Positions 26,609 through 41,257 of a stretch of DNA of 64,000 nucleotides are shown here, piece by piece. A model generated the notes under the pieces. It ran no database searches and had not been told where the DNA came from. It worked only from the letters and a program-made list of their open reading frames with translations. The translations under genes were made by a program, and so were the position numbers. Location: the NCBI GenBank assembly GCA_026770705.1, contig JANJGN010000017.1:43772001-43836000 (forward strand). Direction: 5' to 3'. How positions within the stretch are numbered: position 1 is the stretch's first letter; every line of letters starts with the position of its first letter. The stretch comes from Isurus oxyrinchus (taxonomy: Eukaryota).

Positions 26609-28451
26609 TCACAAGACACACTGCAGAAAAATATCTCACATCTTCAGGACTCAGCTGTACTGATTCACAATATGAACTACAACTTTCATTGATGTGTCAC
26701 TCTTAAGTTTAACACTCATTATTGTAATCATTATATACTAACAAGATAAATTTAAATATTAGCTGATTTGCTGAAAATTCTCTTACCGTAATTAATGTAA
26801 GAGCAGTGATCACAGAAATCAGAACAACAGTTGCCATAAAATTGACAGCTGTAATCACAGGAACAACCTGATGAATATCCCCCACAGTTGTATCTGCATG
26901 AGCCGTGTCCTGTTATAATGTAAATGGCAAGTTAGATCTGATATTATGTTGATTGTTACCAAGGATGCAGATTACAATTTTCAAAGAAATGTAATGAAGT
27001 TTTATCATTCCAAAATGGATCAATATATTGTTAATCGATTTCCATACCTGTTGATGTAGTCTCAGAATTCTCTGTTGAAACAAAACAATTGCATAAGTAA
27101 GTAGAATATTTTTTCATATCCATTCCCAACCTGATAGATAGTTCAGTAGAAGAGAAATCACAGAAATCAGAATAATTGCCATAATACTGACAGCTATAAT
27201 CACAGGAACAACCTGATGAATATCCCCCACAGCTGTATCTGCATGAGCTGTGCCCTGATATATAGTAAATGGCAAGTTAGATCTGAAATTATGTTGATTG
27301 TTAACAAGGATGCAGATTACAATTCACAAAGAAATGTAAGGAACACTTATCATTCAAAAGTGGATCAAACATTTTCTGGAAGGTATTTTCCATACCTGTT
27401 GTTATGCGTTCAGGAGTCTCTGCAAAATAAAACAATAAGATAGGTACGAAGATTATTTTTTCATCCATTCCCCACCTGACACATTCAGTAGAACAGGAGA
27501 ATCTATCAACACATGCTTGGTACAACGTGCTGCAGAATGGATTCCTGCCCCCACTTGCGATGATTCTATTGTTGTCGGGCATGGAAAGGCTGCAGGGTGT
27601 GATTCACACAGGAGGGAATCCCAAACACAGCAGGGCTGAATTCAAACACACACCATTTGAATGTTGTGAGGGCCTCAACCCTCAGTGTGGGGGTCACAAA
27701 TTGATGGAGTAGAGGTAAATGCTCTTGAACTGTGGCTAAGGCCAATATCCCTAACTGACATGGTCAGAAGTTTTTTTGTATGTCCCATTCTTTAAACTTA
27801 AAAAAAGGCTGCAGCTCTCACTGAATCCTTATCACAGAATCACAGAATCACAGTGCAGAAGTGGCCCTTTAGCCCATCGAGTCTGCACTGACATGTGAGA
27901 AACACCTGACCTACCTACCTAATCCCATTTCCCAGTACTTGGCCCAAAGCCTTGAATGTTATGATGTGCCAAGTGATCATCCAGGTATTTTTTGAAGGTT
28001 ATGAGGCAACCTGCCTCCATCACCCTCCCAGGCAATGCATTCCAGACTGTCACCACCCTCTGGGTAAAAAAGCTTTTCCTCTGATCCCCCCTCAATATCC
28101 TGCCCCTCACCTTGAACTTTTGCCCCCAAGTGACAGCTCCTTCAACTAAGGGGAACAGCTGCTCTTTATCCACCCTACCCATGCACCTCATATGTCTGGT
28201 GTCATACTGTAACTCCCAAACGGTGAGCGGGCAGCAGGGATTTGGTAATTCCATGTTTACGGAGATAATATGCAGACTTTATACGACAGTTTACGAAGAC
28301 TTAACCAAATCAACAAGGTGATTCTCTGAGTACAGACATTAAGGTTAATTGTTCTGGCGGATATTGGGTGAACAAAATATACAAACTGATAATGTAGCAG
28401 AAATTGAGGTTAAATATTACTGACCTGTTGTTGAAGAAACACTGCAATATC
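26609..28451 (-). CDS. Cassette 9: stalk micro-exons + anchor + stop exon
   Basis: Exons 28425-28451, 27396-27419, 27048-27071, 26787-26848, 26609-26620. Confidence 0.62.
27833..28191 (-). mobile_element. CR1 LINE 3' fragment (array copy)
   Basis: As other copies. Confidence 0.88.
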
Positions 28452-29807
28452 CTATAGAGGAACACATACAGTTTATTTGCTTTGGTAAGTGTTTTTGAAG
28501 AATCTTCTATTATTCATACTCATAGAAGTATTAGTACTAAATTATTAACATCAGGTATTATTGACAATTACGAACAAGTGAACAGGTAAAGTTGCACTGG
28601 TGCAACGAGCCTGTCAAACAAGGTATACAAGATATACAGCCCCACCACCGTCAAGAAATAAACAAAATAAAATGTGTTCAGGATGGCCACTTTCCACTGC
28701 ACATTCAGGGAGTGAAACCCCTTGCGGTGGTGATACATCACTGCATTTTGATGCAGAACCTATAAAGCCACATGTGTGCGGTCAATGGCACCCTGTACAA
28801 TGGGGATAGCTGCTATCGTGATAAAGCCAAGCTGCACAACATGGAACCAACTGATCTCCCTTGCCCTAACCTACTGACTGCCAGTCACCTCCTTCATTGC
28901 AGTACATGACAAAATGAGAGTTTGTGGCCACAGTCACTGACAGTGCCATCCTTGCGCTGCTCTGGGGCTGCAGCTCTGCCCACCAGGCGCAATAGATTTC
29001 AAGGCGAACCGGCTTTGTAAAATAGAGATGTCAAACAAGTTTGCCGCAAACTACTGCTCTCGCTGGTGCAGAGATTTAAGGTGGCAAGGACGCACGGGAA
29101 TCTCACCACACACCTACCTCTGCCAGAATTAAGAATTGGGCAGAAAGGCCCATCGTCAAGCTCCCTTGCCCGTTGCCACTTTTAGAACTTAAGGGGCCAA
29201 TTAATGATTACTTAAGAGCCTCATCCCCCCACCGTTGGTCTTGACCCAGCTGCAGGCGTCCCTGTCACCATGCGTTACAGCTAAAACAGTGCGACCGCTT
29301 GTCGCCTCTTTGCGTCGTGATGGGCAAAAGGAGTTCCATCGATCATGGACCCTCAGAGTCTGATTGAGGACAGGAGATCTGGAAGTGGGAGCCCACTAAG
29401 ACCCAGCCCCCTGCTCTGATGCCAACAACCCTGCTCTCCTGACAGTAACATGGAAGTTGTTGATGATCCATTTTATATCAGGTTGATGGGTAGCCCTGTC
29501 AGCTCCTGAATGCCTGTTTAGCCGTGTGAGGTTCAGAGATGACATGCGCTGGAATAATGATGTCCGATGCGCCAGAGTGAGGGTCACATCAGCTTTACAC
29601 GCTGACTGATGTCACGATCTGTCTGCATACTTGCAGCACACGCTCCTAATGCCCACCCAATGCCATTATCAAAATCAGGCCAGGCAAGTCTCACTGAAAA
29701 TATGGTGGCTATGGAGAGAGATTTTACAGTTACCGTATTTCAGGTTGACCCAGTTTGACCATTTGAAATAGTATTGAACCGATCTGTCCTGACCATAATA
29801 TCGCAGA

Positions 29808-31646
29808 TCACAAGACACACTGCAGAAAAATATCTCACATCTTCAGGACTCAGCTGTACTGATTCACAATATGAACTACAACTTTCATTGATGTGTCACT
29901 CTTAAGTTTAACACTCATTATTGTAATCATAATATACGAACAAGATAAATTTAAATATTAGCTGATGTGCTGAAAATTCTCTTACCGTAATTAATGTAAG
30001 AGCAGTGATCACAGAAATCAGAACAACAGTTGCCATAAAATTGACAGCTGTAATCACAGGAACAACCTGATGAATTTCCCCCACAGTTGTATCTGCATGA
30101 GCCGTGTCCTGTTATAATGTAAATGGCAAGTTAGATCTGATATTATGTTGATTGTTACCAAGGATGCAGATTACAATTTTCAAAGAAATGTAATGAAGTT
30201 TTATCATTCCAAAATGGATCAATACATTTTTAATCTATTTCCATACCTGTTGATGTAGTCTCAGAATTCTCTGTTGAAACAAAACAATTGCATAAGTAAG
30301 AAGAATATTTTTTCATATCCATTCCCAACCTGATAGTTCAGTAGAAGAGAAATCACAGAAATCAGAACAATTGCCATAATACTGACAGCTATAATCACAG
30401 GAACAACCTGATGAATATTCCCCACAGTTTTTTCTGCATGAGCCGTGTCCTGATATACAGTTAATGGCAAGTTAGATCTGATAATATGTTGAATTTTAAC
30501 AAGGATGCAGATTACAATTCACAAAGAAATGTAAGGAACACTTATCAATGAAGAGTGGGTCAAAAATTTTCTGGAAGCTATTTTCCATACCTGTTGTTAT
30601 GCGTTCAGGAGTCTCTGCAAAATAAAAAAATAAGATAGGTACGAAGATTATTTTTTCATCCATTCCCCACCTGACACATTCAGTAGAACAGGAGAATCTA
30701 TCAACAAATGCTTGGTACAACTTGCTGCAGAATGGATTCCTGCCCCCACTTGCAATGATTCTATTGTTGTCGGACGTGGAAAGGCTGCAGGGTGTGATTC
30801 ACACAGGAGGGAATCCCAAACACAGCAGGGCTGAATTCAAACACACACCATTTGAATGTTGTGAGGGCCTCAACCCTCAGTGTGGGGGTCACAAATTGAT
30901 GGAGTAGAGGTAAATGCTCTTGAACTGTGGCTAAGGCCAATATCCCCAACTGACATGGTCAGAAGTTTTTTTGTATGTCCCATTCTTTAAACTTAAAAAA
31001 AGGCTGCAGCTCTCACTGAATCCTTATCACAGAATCACAGAATCACAGTGCAGAAGTGGCCCTTTGGCCCATCGAGTCTGCACTGACACGTGAGAAACAC
31101 CTGACCTACCTACCTAATCCCATTTCCCAGCACTTGGCCCAAAGCCTTGAATGTTATGATGTGCCAAGTGATCATCCAGGTATTTTATAAAGGTTATGAG
31201 GCAACCTGCCTCCATCACCCTCCCAGGCAATGCATTCCAGACTGTCACCACCCTCTGGATAAAAAAGCTTTTCCTCTTATCCCCCCTCAATATCCTGCCC
31301 CTCACCTTGAACTTTTGCCCCCAAGTGACAGCTCCTTCAACTAAGGGGAACAGCTGCTCCTTATCCACCCTACCCATGCACCTCATATGTCTGGTGTCCA
31401 ACTGTAACTCCCGAACGGTGAGCGGGCAGCAGGGATTTGGTAATTCCATGTTTACGGAGATAATATGCAGAATTTATACGACACTTTACGAAGACTTAAC
31501 CAAATCAACAAGGTGATTCTCTGAGTACAGACATTAAGGTTAATTGTTCTGGCGGATATTGGGTGAACAAAATATACAAACTGATAATGTAACAGAAATT
31601 GAGTTTAAATATTACTGACCTGTTGTTGAAGAAACACTGCAATATC
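29808..31646 (-). CDS. Cassette 8: stalk micro-exons + anchor + stop exon
   Basis: Exons 31620-31646, 30591-30614, 30247-30270, 29986-30047, 29808-29819. Confidence 0.62.
31028..31386 (-). mobile_element. CR1 LINE 3' fragment (array copy)
   Basis: As other copies. Confidence 0.88.
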
Positions 31647-32999
31647 CTATAGAGGAACACATACAGTTTATTTGCTTTGGTAAGTGTTTTTGAAGAATCT
31701 TCTATTATTCATACTCATAGAAGTATTAGTACTAAATTATTAACATCAGGTATTATTGACAATTACGAACAAGTGAACAGGTAAAGTTGCACTGGTGCAA
31801 CGAGCCTGTCACACAAGGTATACAAGATATACAGCCCCCCCACCGTCAAGAAATAAACAAAGTAATATGTGTTCAGGATGGCCACTTTGCACTGCATTCA
31901 GGGAGTGAAACCCCTTGCGGTGGTGGTACATCACTGCATTTTGATGCAGAACCTATAAAGCCACATGTGTGCGGTCAATGGCACCCTGTACAATGGGGAT
32001 AGCTGCTATCGTGATAAAGCCAAGCTGCACAACATGGAACCAACTGACCTCCCTTGCCCTAGACTACTGACTGCCAGTCACCTCCTTCACTGCAGTACAT
32101 GACAAAATGAGAGTTTGTGGCCACAGTCACTGACAGAGCCATCCTTGCGCTGCTCTGGGGCTGCAGCTCTGCCCACCAGGCGCAATAGATTTCAAGGCGC
32201 ACCTGCTTTGTAAAACAAAGATGTCAAACAAGTTTGCCGCAAACTACTGCTCTCGCTGGTGCAGAGATTTAAGGTGGCAAGGACGCACGGGAATCTCACC
32301 ACACACCTACCTCTGCCAGAATTAAGAATTGGGCAGAAAGGCCCATCGTCAAGCTCCCTTGCCCGTTGCCACTTATAGAACTTAAGGGGCCAATTAATGA
32401 TTACTTAAGAGCCTCATCCCCCCACCGTTGGTCTTGACCCAGCTGCAGGCGTCACTGTCACCATGCGTTACAGCTAAAACAGTGCGACCGCTTGTCGACT
32501 CTTTGGGTGGAGATGGGCAAAAGGAGTTCCATCGATCATGGACCCTCAGAGTCTGACTGAGGACAGGAGATCTGGAAGTGGGAGCCCACTAAGACCCAGC
32601 CCCCCGCTCTGATGCCAACAACCCTGCTCTCCTGACAGTAACATGGAAGTTGTTGATGATCCTTTTATATCGGGTTGATGGGTAGCCCTGTCAGCTCCTG
32701 AATGCCTGTTTAGCCGTGTGAGGTTCAGAGATGACATGCGCTGGAATAATGATGTCAGATGCACCAGAGTGAGGGTCACATCAGCTTTACACGCTGACTG
32801 ATGTCACGATCTGTCTGCATACTTGCAGCACACGCTCCTAATGCCCACCCAATGCCATTATCAAAATCAGGCCAGGCAAGTCTCACTGAAAATATGGTGG
32901 CTATTGAGAGAGATTTTACAGTTACCGTATTTCAGGTTGACCCAGTTTGACCATTTGAAATAGTATTGAACCGATCTGTCCTGACCATAATATCGCAGA

Positions 33000-34841
33000 T
33001 CACAAGACACACTGCAGAAAAATATCTCACATCTTCAGGACTCAGCTGTACTGATTCACAATATGAACTACAACTTTCATTGATGTGTCACTCTTAAGTT
33101 TAACACTCATTATTGTAATCATAATATACGAACAAGATAAATTTAAATATTAGCTGATGTGCTGAAAATTCTCTTACCGTAATTAATGTAAGAGCAGTGA
33201 TCACAGAAATCAGAACAACAGTTGCCATAAAATTGACAGCTGTAATCACAGGAACAACCTGATGAATTTCCCCCACAGTTGTATCTGCATGAGCCGTGTC
33301 CTGTTATAATGTAAATGGCAAGTTAGATCTGATATTATGTTGATTGTTACCAAGGATGCAGATTACAATTTTCAAAGAAATGTAATGAAGTTTTATCATT
33401 CCAAAATGGATCAATACATTTTTAATCTATTTCCATACCTGTTGATGTAGTCTCAGAATTCTCTGTTGAAACAAAACAATTGCATAAGTAAGTAGAATAT
33501 TTTTTCATATCCATTCCCAACCTGATAGATAGTTCAGTAGAAGAGAAATCACAGAAATCAGAATAATTGCCATAATACTGACAGCTATAATCACAGGAAC
33601 AACCTGATGAATATCCCCCACAGCTGTATCTGCATGAGCTGTGCCCTGATATATAGTAAATGGCAAGTTAGATCTGATATTATGTTGATTGTTAACAAGG
33701 ATGCAGATTACAATTCACAAAGAAATGTAAGGAACACTTATCATTCAAAAGTGGATCAAACATTTTCTGGAAGGTATTTTCCATACCTGTTGTTATGCGT
33801 TCAGGAGTCTCTGCAAAATAAAAAAATAAGATAGGTACGAAGATTATTTTTTCATCCATTCCCCACCTGACACATTCAGTAGAACAGGAGAATCTATCAA
33901 CACATGCTTGGTACAACGTGCTGCAGAATGGATTCCTGCCCCCACTTGCGATGATTCTATTGTTGTCGGACGTGGAAAGGCTGCAGAGTGTGATTCACAC
34001 AGGAGGGAATCCCAAACACAGCAGGGCTGAATTCAGACACACCCCATTTGGATGTTGTGAGGGCCTCAACCCTCAGTGTGGGGGTCACAAATTGATGGAG
34101 TAGAGGTAAATGCTCTTGAACTGTGGCTAAGGCCAATATCCCTAACTGACATGGTCAGAAGTTTTTTGTATGTCCCATTCTTTAAACTTAAAAAAAGGCT
34201 GCAGCTCTCACCGAATCCTTATCACAGAATCACACAATCACAGTGCAGAAGTGGCCCTTTGGCCCATCGAGTCTGCACTGACACGTGAGAAACACCTGAC
34301 CTACCTACCTAATCCCATTTCCCAGCACTTGGCCCAAAGCCTTGAATGTTATGATGTGCCAAGTGATCATCCAGGTATTTTATAAAGGTTATGAGGCAAC
34401 CTGCCTCCACCACCCTCCCAGGCAATGCATTCCAGACTGTCACCACCCTCTGGGTAACAAAGCTTTTCCTCTGATCCCCCCTCAATATCCTGCCCCTCAC
34501 CTTGAACTTTTGCCCCCAAGTGACTGCTCCTTCAACTAAGGGGAACAGCTGCTCCTTATCCACCCTACCCATGCACCTCATATGTCTGGTGTCCAACAGT
34601 AACTCCCAAACGGTGAGTGGGCAGCAGGGATTTGGTAATTCCATGTTTACGGAGATAATATGCAGACTTTATACGACAGTTTACGAAGACTTAACCAAAT
34701 CAACAAGGTGATTCTCTGAGTACAGACATTAAGGTTAATTGTTCTGGCGGATATTGGGTGAACAAAATATACAAACTGATAATGTAACAGAAATTGAGGT
34801 TAAATATTACTGACCTGTTGTTGAAGAAACACTGCAATATC
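33000..34841 (-). CDS. Cassette 7: stalk micro-exons + anchor + stop exon
   Basis: Exons 34815-34841, 33787-33810, 33439-33462, 33178-33239, 33000-33011. Confidence 0.62.
34223..34581 (-). mobile_element. CR1 LINE 3' fragment (array copy)
   Basis: As other copies. Confidence 0.88.
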
Positions 34842-36207
34842 CTATAGAGGAACACATACAGTTTATTTGCTTTGGTAAGTGTTTTTGAAGAATCTTCTAT
34901 TATTCATACTCTAGAAGTATTAGCACTAAATTATTAACATCAGGTATTATTGACAATTACGAACAAGTGAACAGGTAAAGTTGCACTGGTGCAACGAGCC
35001 TGTCACACAAGGTATACAAGATATACAGCCCCACCACCGTCAAGAAATAAACAAAGTAATATGTGTTCAGGATGGCCACTTTCCACTGCACATTCAGGGA
35101 GTGAAACCCCTTGCGGTGGTGATACATCACTGCATTTTGATGCAGAACCTATAAAGCCACATGTGTGCGGTCAATGGCACCCTGTACAATGGGGATAGCT
35201 GCTATCGTGATAAAGCCAAGCTGCACAACATGGAACCAACTGACCTCCCTTGCCCTAGACTACTGACTGCCAGTCACCTCCTTCATTGCAGTACATGACA
35301 AAATGAGAGTTTGTGGCCACAGTCACTGACAGTGCCATCCTTGCGCTGCTCTGGGGCTGCAGCTCTGCCCACCAGGCGCAATAGATTTCAAGGCGCACCG
35401 GCTTTGTAAAACAGAGATGTCAAACAATTTTGCCGGAAACTACTGCTCTCACTGGTGCAGAGATTTAACGTGGCAAGGACGCACCGGAATCTCACCACAC
35501 ACCTACCTCTGCCAGAATTAAGAATTGGGCAGAAAGGCCCATCGTCAAGCTCCCTTGCCCGTTGCCACTTTTAGAACTTAAGGGGCCAATTAATGATTAC
35601 TTAAGAGCCTCATCCCCCCACCGTTGGTCTTGACCCAGCTGCAGGCGTCACTGTCACCATGCGTTACAGCTAAAACAGTGCGACCGCTTGTCGACTCTTT
35701 GGGTGGAGATGGGCAAAAGGAGTTCCATCGATCATGGACCCTCAGAGTCTGACTGAGGACAGGAGATCTGGAAGTGGGAGCCCACTAAGACCCAGCCCCC
35801 CGCTCTGATGCCAACAACCCTGCTCTCCTGACAGTAACATGGAAGTTGTTGATGATCCTTTTATATCAGGTTGATGGTTAGCCCTGTCAGCTCCTGAATG
35901 CCTGTTTAGCCGTGTGAGGTTCAGAGATGACATGCGCTGGAATAATGATGTCAGATGCACCAGAGTGAGGGTCACATCAGCTTTACACGGTGACTGATAC
36001 GGTGACTGATGTCACGATCTGTCTGCATACTTGCAGCACACGCTCCTAATGCCCACCCAATGCCATTATCAAAATCAGGCCAGGCAAGTCTCACTGAAAA
36101 TATGGTGGCTATTGAGAGAGATTTTACAGTTACCGTATTTCAGGTTGACCCAGTTTGACCATTTGAAATAGTATTGAACCGATCTGTCCTGACCATAATA
36201 TCGCAGA

Positions 36208-38049
36208 TCACAAGACACACTGCAGAAAAATATCTCACATCTTCAGGACTCAGCTGTACTGATTCACAATATGAACTACAACTTTCATTGATGTGTCACT
36301 CTTAAGTTTAACACTCATTATTGTAATCATAATATACGAACAAGATAAATTTAAATATTAGCTCATGTGCTGAAAATTCTCTTACCGTAATTAATGTAAG
36401 AGCAGTGATCACAGAAATCAGAACAACAGTTGCCATAAAATTGACAGCTGTAATCACAGGAACAACCTGATGAATTTCCCCCACAGTTGTATCTGCATGA
36501 GCCGTGTCCTGTTATAATGTAAATGGCAAGTTAGATCTGATATTATGTTGATTGTTACCAAGGATGCAGATTACAATTTTCAAAGAAATGTAATGAAGTT
36601 TTATCATTCCAAAATGGATCAATACATTTTTAATCTATTTCCATACCTGTTGATGTAGTCTCAGAATTCTCTGTTGAAACAAAACAATTGCATAAGTAAG
36701 TAGAATATTTTTTCATATCCATTCCCAACCTGATAGATAGTTCAGTAGAAGAGAAATCACAGAAATCAGAATAATTGCCATAATACTGACAGCTATAATC
36801 ACAGGAACAACCTGATGAATATCCCCCACAGCTGTATCTGCATGAGCTGTGCCCTGATATATAGTAAATGGCAAGTTAGATCTGATATTATGTTGATTGT
36901 TAACAAGGATGCAGATTACAATTCACAAAGAAATGTGAGGAACACTTATCATTCAAAAGTGGATCAAACATTTTCTGGAAGGTATTTTCCATACCTGTTG
37001 TTATGCGTTCAGGAGTCTCTGCAAAATAAAAAAATAAGATAGGTACGAAGATTATTTTTTCATCCATTCCCCACCTGACACATTCAGTAGAACAGGAGAA
37101 TCTATCAACACATGCTTGGTACAACGTGCTGCAGAAAGGATTCCTGCCCCCACTTGCGATGATTCTATTGTTGTCGGACGTGGAAAGGCTGCAGAGTGTG
37201 ATTCACACAGGAGGGAATCCCAAACACAGCAGGGCTGAATTCAGACACACCCCATTTGGATGTTGTGAGGGCCTCAACCCTCAGTGTGGGGGTCACAAAT
37301 TGATGGAGTAGAGGTAAATGCTCTTGAACTGTGGCTAAGGCCAATATCCCTAACTGACATGGTCAGAAGTTTTTTGTATGTCCCATTCTTTAAACTTAAA
37401 AAAAGGCTGCAGCTCTCACCGAATCCTTATCACAGAATCACACAATCACAGTGCAGAAGTGGCCCTTTGGCCCATCGAGTCTGCACTGACACGTGAGAAA
37501 CACCTGACCTACCTACCTAATCCCATTTCCCAGCACTTGGCCCAAAGCCTTGAATGTTATGATGTGCCAAGTGATCATCCAGGTATTTTATAAAGGTTAT
37601 GAGGCAACCTGCCTCCACCACCCTCCCAGGCAATGCATTCCAGACTGTCACCACCCTCTGGGTAACAAAGCTTTTCCTCTGATCCCCCCTCAATATCCTG
37701 CCCCTCACCTTGAACTTTTGCCCCCAAGTGACTGCTCCTTCAACTAAGGGGAACAGCTGCTCCTTATCCACCCTACCCATGCACCTCATATGTCTGGTGT
37801 CCAACAGTAACTCCCAAACGGTGAGTGGGCAGCAGGGATTTGGTAATTCCATGTTTACGGAGATAATATGCAGACTTTATACGACAGTTTACGAAGACTT
37901 AACCAAATCAACAAGGTGATTCTCTGAGTACAGACATTAAGGTTAATTGTTCTGGCGGATATTGGGTGAACAAAATATACAAACTGATAATGTAACAGAA
38001 ATTGAGGTTAAATATTACTGACCTGTTGTTGAAGAAACACTGCAATATC
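36208..38049 (-). CDS. Cassette 6: stalk micro-exons + anchor + stop exon
   Basis: Exons 38023-38049, 36995-37018, 36647-36670, 36386-36447, 36208-36219. Confidence 0.62.
37431..37789 (-). mobile_element. CR1 LINE 3' fragment (array copy)
   Basis: As other copies. Confidence 0.88.
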
Positions 38050-39415
38050 CTATAGAGGAACACATACAGTTTATTTGCTTTGGTAAGTGTTTTTGAAGAA
38101 TCTTCTATTATTCATACTCTAGAAGTATTAGTACTAAATTATTAACATCAGGTATTATTGACAATTACGAACAAGTGAACAGGTAAAGTTGCACTGGTGC
38201 AACGAGCCTGTCACACAAGGTATACAAGATATACAGCCCCACCACCGTCAAGAAATAAACAAAGTAATATGTGTTCAGGATGGCCACTTTCCACTGCACA
38301 TTCAGGGAGTGAAACCCCTTGCGGTGGTGATACATCACTGCATTTTGATGCAGAACCTATAAAGCCACATGTGTGCGGTCAATGGCACCCTGTACAATGG
38401 GGATAGCTGCTATCGTGATAAAGCCAAGCTGCACAACATGGAACCAACTGACCTCCCTTGCCCTAGACTACTGACTGCCAGTCACCTCCTTCATTGCAGT
38501 ACATGACAAAATGAGAGTTTGTGGCCACAGTCACTGACAGTGCCATCCTTGCGCTGCTCTGGGGCTGCAGCTCTGCCCACCAGGCGCAATAGATTTCAAG
38601 GCGCACCGGCTTTGTAAAACAGAGATGTCAAACAATTTTGCCGGAAACTACTGCTCTCACTGGTGCAGAGATTTAACGTGGCAAGGACGCACGGGAATCT
38701 CACCACACACCTACCTCTGCCAGAATTAAGAATTGGGCAGAAAGGCCCATCGTCAAGCTCCCTTGCCCGTTGCCACTTTTAGAACTTAAGGGGCCAATTA
38801 ATGATTACTTAAGAGCCTCATCCCCCCACCGTTGGTCTTGACCCAGCTGCAGGCGTCACTGTCACCATGCGTTACAGCTAAAACAGTGCGACCGCTTGTC
38901 GACTCTTTGGGTGGAGATGGGCAAAAGGAGTTCCATCGATCATGGACCCTCAGAGTCTGACTGAGGACAGGAGATCTGGAAGTGGGAGCCCACTAAGACC
39001 CAGCCCCCCGCTCTGATGCCAACAACCCTGCTCTCCTGACAGTAACATGGAAGTTGTTGATGATCCTTTTATATCAGGTTGATGGTCAGCCCTGTCAGCT
39101 CCTGAATGCCTGTTTAGCCGTGTGAGGTTCAGAGATGACATGCGCTGGAATAATGATGTCAGATGCACCAGAGTGAGGGTCACATCAGCTTTACACGGTG
39201 ACTGATACGGTGACTGATGTCACGATCTGTCTGCATACTTGCAGCACACGCTCCTAATGCCCACCCAATGCCATTATCAAAATCAGGCCAGGCAAGTCTC
39301 ACTGAAAATATGGTGGCTATTGAGAGAGATTTTACAGTTACCGTATTTCAGGTTGACCCAGTTTGACCATTTGAAATAGTATTGAACCGATCTGTCCTGA
39401 CCATAATATCGCAGA

Positions 39416-41257
39416 TCACAAGACACACTGCAGAAAAATATCTCACATCTTCAGGACTCAGCTGTACTGATTCACAATATGAACTACAACTTTCATTGAT
39501 GTGTCACTCTTAAGTTTAACACTCATTATTGTAATCATAATATACGAACAAGATAAATTTAAATATTAGCTGATGTGCTGAAAATTCTCTTACCGTAATT
39601 AATGTCAGAGCAGTGATCACAGAAATCAGAACAACAGTTGCCATAAAATTGACAGCTGTAATCACAGGAACAACCTGATGAATTTCCCCCACAGTTGTAT
39701 CTGCATGAGCCGTGTCCTGTTATAATGTAAATGGCAAGTTAGATCTGATATTATGTTGATTGTTACCAAGGATGCAGATTACAATTTTCAAAGAAATGTA
39801 ATGAAGTTTTATCATTCCAAAATGGATCAATACATTTTTAATCTATTTCCATACCTGTTGATGTAGTCTCAGAATTCTCTGTTGAAACAAAACAATTGCA
39901 TAAGTAAGTAGAATATTTTTTCATATCCATTCCCAACCTGATAGATAGTTCAGTAGAAGAGAAATCACAGAAATCAGAATAATTGCCATAATACTGACAG
40001 CTATAATCACAGGAACAACCTGATGAATATCCCCCACAGCTGTATCTGCATGAGCTGTGCCCTGATATATAGTAAATGGCAAGTTAGATCTGATATTATG
40101 TTGATTGTTAACAAGGATGCAGATTACAATTCACAAAGAAATGTGAGGAACACTTATCATTCAAAAGTGGATCAAACATTTTCTGGAAGGTATTTTCCAT
40201 ACCTGTTGTTATGCGTTCAGGAGTCTCTGCAAAATAAAAAAATAAGATAGGTACGAAGATTATTTTTTCATCCATTCCCCACCTGACACATTCAGTAGAA
40301 CAGGAGAATCTATCAACACATGCTTGGTACAACGTGCTGCAGAAAGGATTCCTGCCCCCACTTGCGATGATTCTATTGTTGTCGGACGTGGAAAGGCTGC
40401 AGAGTGTGATTCACACAGGAGGGAATCCCAAACACAGCAGGGCTGAATTCAGACACACCCCATTTGGATGTTGTGAGGGCCTCAACCCTCAGTGTGGGGG
40501 TCACAAATTGATGGAGTAGAGGTAAATGCTCTTGAACTGTGGCTAAGGCCAATATCCCTAACTGACATGGTCAGAAGTTTTTTGTATGTCCCATTCTTTA
40601 AACTTAAAAAAAGGCTGCAGCTCTCACCGAATCCTTATCGCAGAATCACACAATCACAGTGCAGAAGTGGCCCTTTGGCCCATCGAGTCTGCACTGACAC
40701 GTGAGAAACACCTGACCTACCTACCTAATCCCATTTCCCAGCACTTGGCCCAAAGCCTTGAATGTTATGATGTGCCAAGTGATCATCCAGGTATTTTATA
40801 AAGGTTATGAGGCAACCTGCCTCCACCACCCTCCCAGGCAATGCATTCCAGACTGTCACCACCCTCTGGGTAACAAAGCTTTTCCTCTGATCCCCCCTCA
40901 ATATCCTGCCCCTCACCTTGAACTTTTGCCCCCAAGTGACTGCTCCTTCAACTAAGGGGAACAGCTGCTCCTTATCCACCCTACCCATGCACCTCATATG
41001 TCTGGTGTCCAACAGTAACTCCCAAACGGTGAGTGGGCAGCAGGGATTTGGTAATTCCATGTTTACGGAGATAATATGCAGACTTTATACGACAGTTTAC
41101 GAAGACTTAACCAAATCAACAAGGTGATTCTCTGAGTACAGACATTAAGGTTAATTGTTCTGGCGGATATTGGGTGAACAAAATATACAAACTGATAATG
41201 TAACAGAAATTGAGGTTAAATATTACTGACCTGTTATTGAAGAAACACTGCAATATC
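39416..41257 (-). CDS. Cassette 5: stalk micro-exons + anchor + stop exon
   Basis: Exons 41231-41257 (GYCSVSSIT), 40203-40226, 39855-39878, 39594-39655, 39416-39427. Confidence 0.62.
40639..40997 (-). mobile_element. CR1 LINE 3' fragment (array copy)
   Basis: As other copies. Confidence 0.88.
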